64,000 bases of DNA, taken from the NCBI GenBank assembly GCA_963705875.1, contig OY970117.1, forward strand, positions 1,316,279 to 1,380,278. Direction: 5' to 3'. Both the position numbers and the translations under genes were made by a program. The stretch comes from an uncultured Actinomycetes bacterium. GTDB taxonomy: Bacteria; Actinomycetota; Thermoleophilia; Gaiellales; Gaiellaceae. This document shows, in pieces, positions 63,002-64,000 of this stretch; within the stretch, counting starts at the first letter, position 1, and the number at the start of each line of letters is the position of its first letter. Below the pieces are notes generated by a model. It had not been told where the DNA came from. It made no database searches and saw nothing but the letters and a program-made list of their open reading frames with translations.

Positions 63002-64000
63002 CTACGTAAAGCGGACGGTCAGCGTATGCACCGTTCCGTCGTCAAATGAGAGGGACAGCTTACGACATGTGTTCTTCCAGGACGAGGACGAGCTCCACGA
63101 GTACGAGTACGTGCTGCTCGAGTAGCTGAGCGACCCGCTCGCGTTCGAGGCGGAGCCCATCGCCGCACCGGTCGAGCAGTTCACCTGCTGCGACGTCGGA
63201 GTCCCGTTCAGCACGCCGAGGCCGTAGTTGCCGCCCAGGCGGAACTTGACCGCCACGCTCTTGCCGGCCTTCTCACTCGAAGGCGGCGAGACCCACGTGA
63301 ACGGCCACACGACGTCGTAGGTGTGCGTCAGCGTGGTCATGTTCCCGGCGTTGTCCACGGCCGTGACCGTGTACGAGTGCTCGCCGATCGGACCGGTCGT
63401 CACCGTCGCCGGGCCCGAGCACGACGACACGCCCGAGGCGGTGTCGATGCAGGAGTACACCGGCGCCACGGAGGAGTTGAGATCGAGCTGGTCACCCTCC
63501 GACGGCGTCGTGATCGAGATGACCGGGCCGGTGGTGTCGATCGTGAACGACTTCGACTTCACGCCCTCCACGTTCCCGGCGTTGTCGGTCGCGTGGAACT
63601 GGATCGAATGGGCGCCCTGGCTCGAGACAGCGATCGGGCCCGAGTAGGTCGTCCAGCCGCCGCCGTCGAGCAGGTACTCGATCGAGGCGATCCCCGATCC
63701 GCCGGCGAAGTCGTTCGCCGACAGCGTCACGGTGGTCGGCGATCCGTAGTAGCCGTTCACCGCGGCCGGGCTGAGCGTCGCCTTCGAGGACGGCGCCGTG
63801 CCGTCGTTCGTGAACGAGAACGTCTTCGTTGTCTCGATGAGCCCAGTCAGGTCAACAGAGCGGAACGTGATCGTGTGGGTCCGTCCATCGGAACCGGGAA
63901 CGGACCCGTGTAGGAGCGCGTGCCCGAGCCGTCCAGGGTGTACTGGATCCCGGCGATACCGCTGCCCGAGCCGTCGCTTCCCGCGAGCGTCACCATCGGC
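63002..64000 (-). CDS. C-terminal part of a secreted Ig-like-repeat / PxKF-like-domain protein (gene continues beyond the window end); 1-nt deletion-type break near 63892
   Basis: ORF 63002-63760 roughly matches the last 250 aa of the giant M14 protein by eye (SIEYLLDGGGWTTYSGPIAVSSQGAHSIQFHATDNAGNVE..., VVWPFTWVSPPSSEKAGKSVAVKFRLGG...WKNTCRKLSLSFDDGT). Upstream repeats continue in another frame to 64000. Confidence 0.8.
   Translation of the reverse strand, partial: ADGDARGKRRLGQRYRRDPVHPGRLGHALLHGSVPGSDGRTHTITFRSVDLTGLIETTKTFSFTNDGTAPSSKATLSPAAVNGYYGSPTTVTLSANDFAGGSGIASIEYLLDGGGWTTYSGPIAVSSQGAHSIQFHATDNAGNVEGVKSKSFTIDTTGPVISITTPSEGDQLDLNSSVAPVYSCIDTASGVSSCSGPATVTTGPIGEHSYTVTAVDNAGNMTTLTHTYDVVWPFTWVSPPSSEKAGKSVAVKFRLGGNYGLGVLNGTPTSQQVNCSTGAAMGSASNASGSLSYSSSTYSYSWSSSSSWKNTCRKLSLSFDDGTVHTLTVRFT

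Noticed and set aside
790-63892. Programmed ribosomal frameshifting or transcriptional slippage as the explanation for the frame breaks.
   Set aside because: There are 34 sites in 20 unrelated genes. I see no shared slippery heptamer or downstream stimulatory structure, and none of the gene families is known to use recoding. Sequence error is the simpler explanation.
1-64000. tRNA, rRNA, known riboswitches, prophage or insertion sequences, toxin-antitoxin pairs, and defence systems (restriction-modification, Abi, CBASS-type and similar).
   Set aside because: I found no cloverleaf-like or rRNA-like segments in the short intergenic regions. No nuclease, methylase, cyclase or phage structural gene signatures appear in any frame. 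I cannot exclude small RNAs without covariance-model scans.

Overview
This is 64 kb of very GC-rich DNA (roughly 70 percent by eye, with strong GC3 bias). It looks chromosomal and actinobacterial in type: an lhr-nei pair, a CysO/CysM/Mec/MoeZ-type sulfur-carrier cysteine pathway, a group-1-like sigma-70 and leaderless-looking promoters. The taxon cannot be fixed from the window alone. I can support 61 protein-coding genes. I saw no rRNA, tRNA, CRISPR array, transposase or integrase.

Gene content:
- Leucine catabolism genes are dispersed: MCCase beta and alpha, an enoyl-CoA hydratase and an acyl-CoA dehydrogenase.
- Peptidases and amidohydrolases are unusually dense: M17 PepA, M24, M20, M23, GGT, an Amidohydro_3-type enzyme and two giant secreted M14 carboxypeptidases.
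- Housekeeping genes include hisC, ilvA, meaB, a principal-type sigma factor, lhr, nei and ftsZ.
- There are three MFS transporters, one NarL-type two-component pair, and several small cupin, ABM or DUF proteins.

Two things dominate the window.

1. Data quality. I count 34 single-base frame disruptions in 20 otherwise intact genes: 32 behave as 1-nt insertions and 2 as deletions, usually next to an identical base. Many long ORFs in the supplied track are therefore artificial fusions or fragments. I annotated the reconstructed genes and give approximate indel positions.

2. Biology worth a second look:
- A ParA/Soj-like ATPase gene is translationally coupled to an ftsZ that carries a ~120-aa N-terminal extension. 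Both sit in a non-dcw operon with ggt and a GNAT gene.
- A CysO-type ubiquitin-like sulfur carrier is fused in frame to CysM. It is flanked by a rhodanese-first MoeZ-like E1 and a JAMM (Mec) protease.
- A secreted protein combines five W-rich tandem repeats with a class A beta-lactamase-fold domain.
- Two families of palindromic extragenic repeats occur with two copies each. One pair brackets a 5.6-kb block and lies next to a 36-nt relic of a second acyl-CoA dehydrogenase 3' end.
- The tandem M14 paralogues include one ~1680-aa protein whose C-terminal Ig-like/PxKF-like cassette recurs at the window end.

All functional calls rest on my reading of motifs in the translations. No database search was run.
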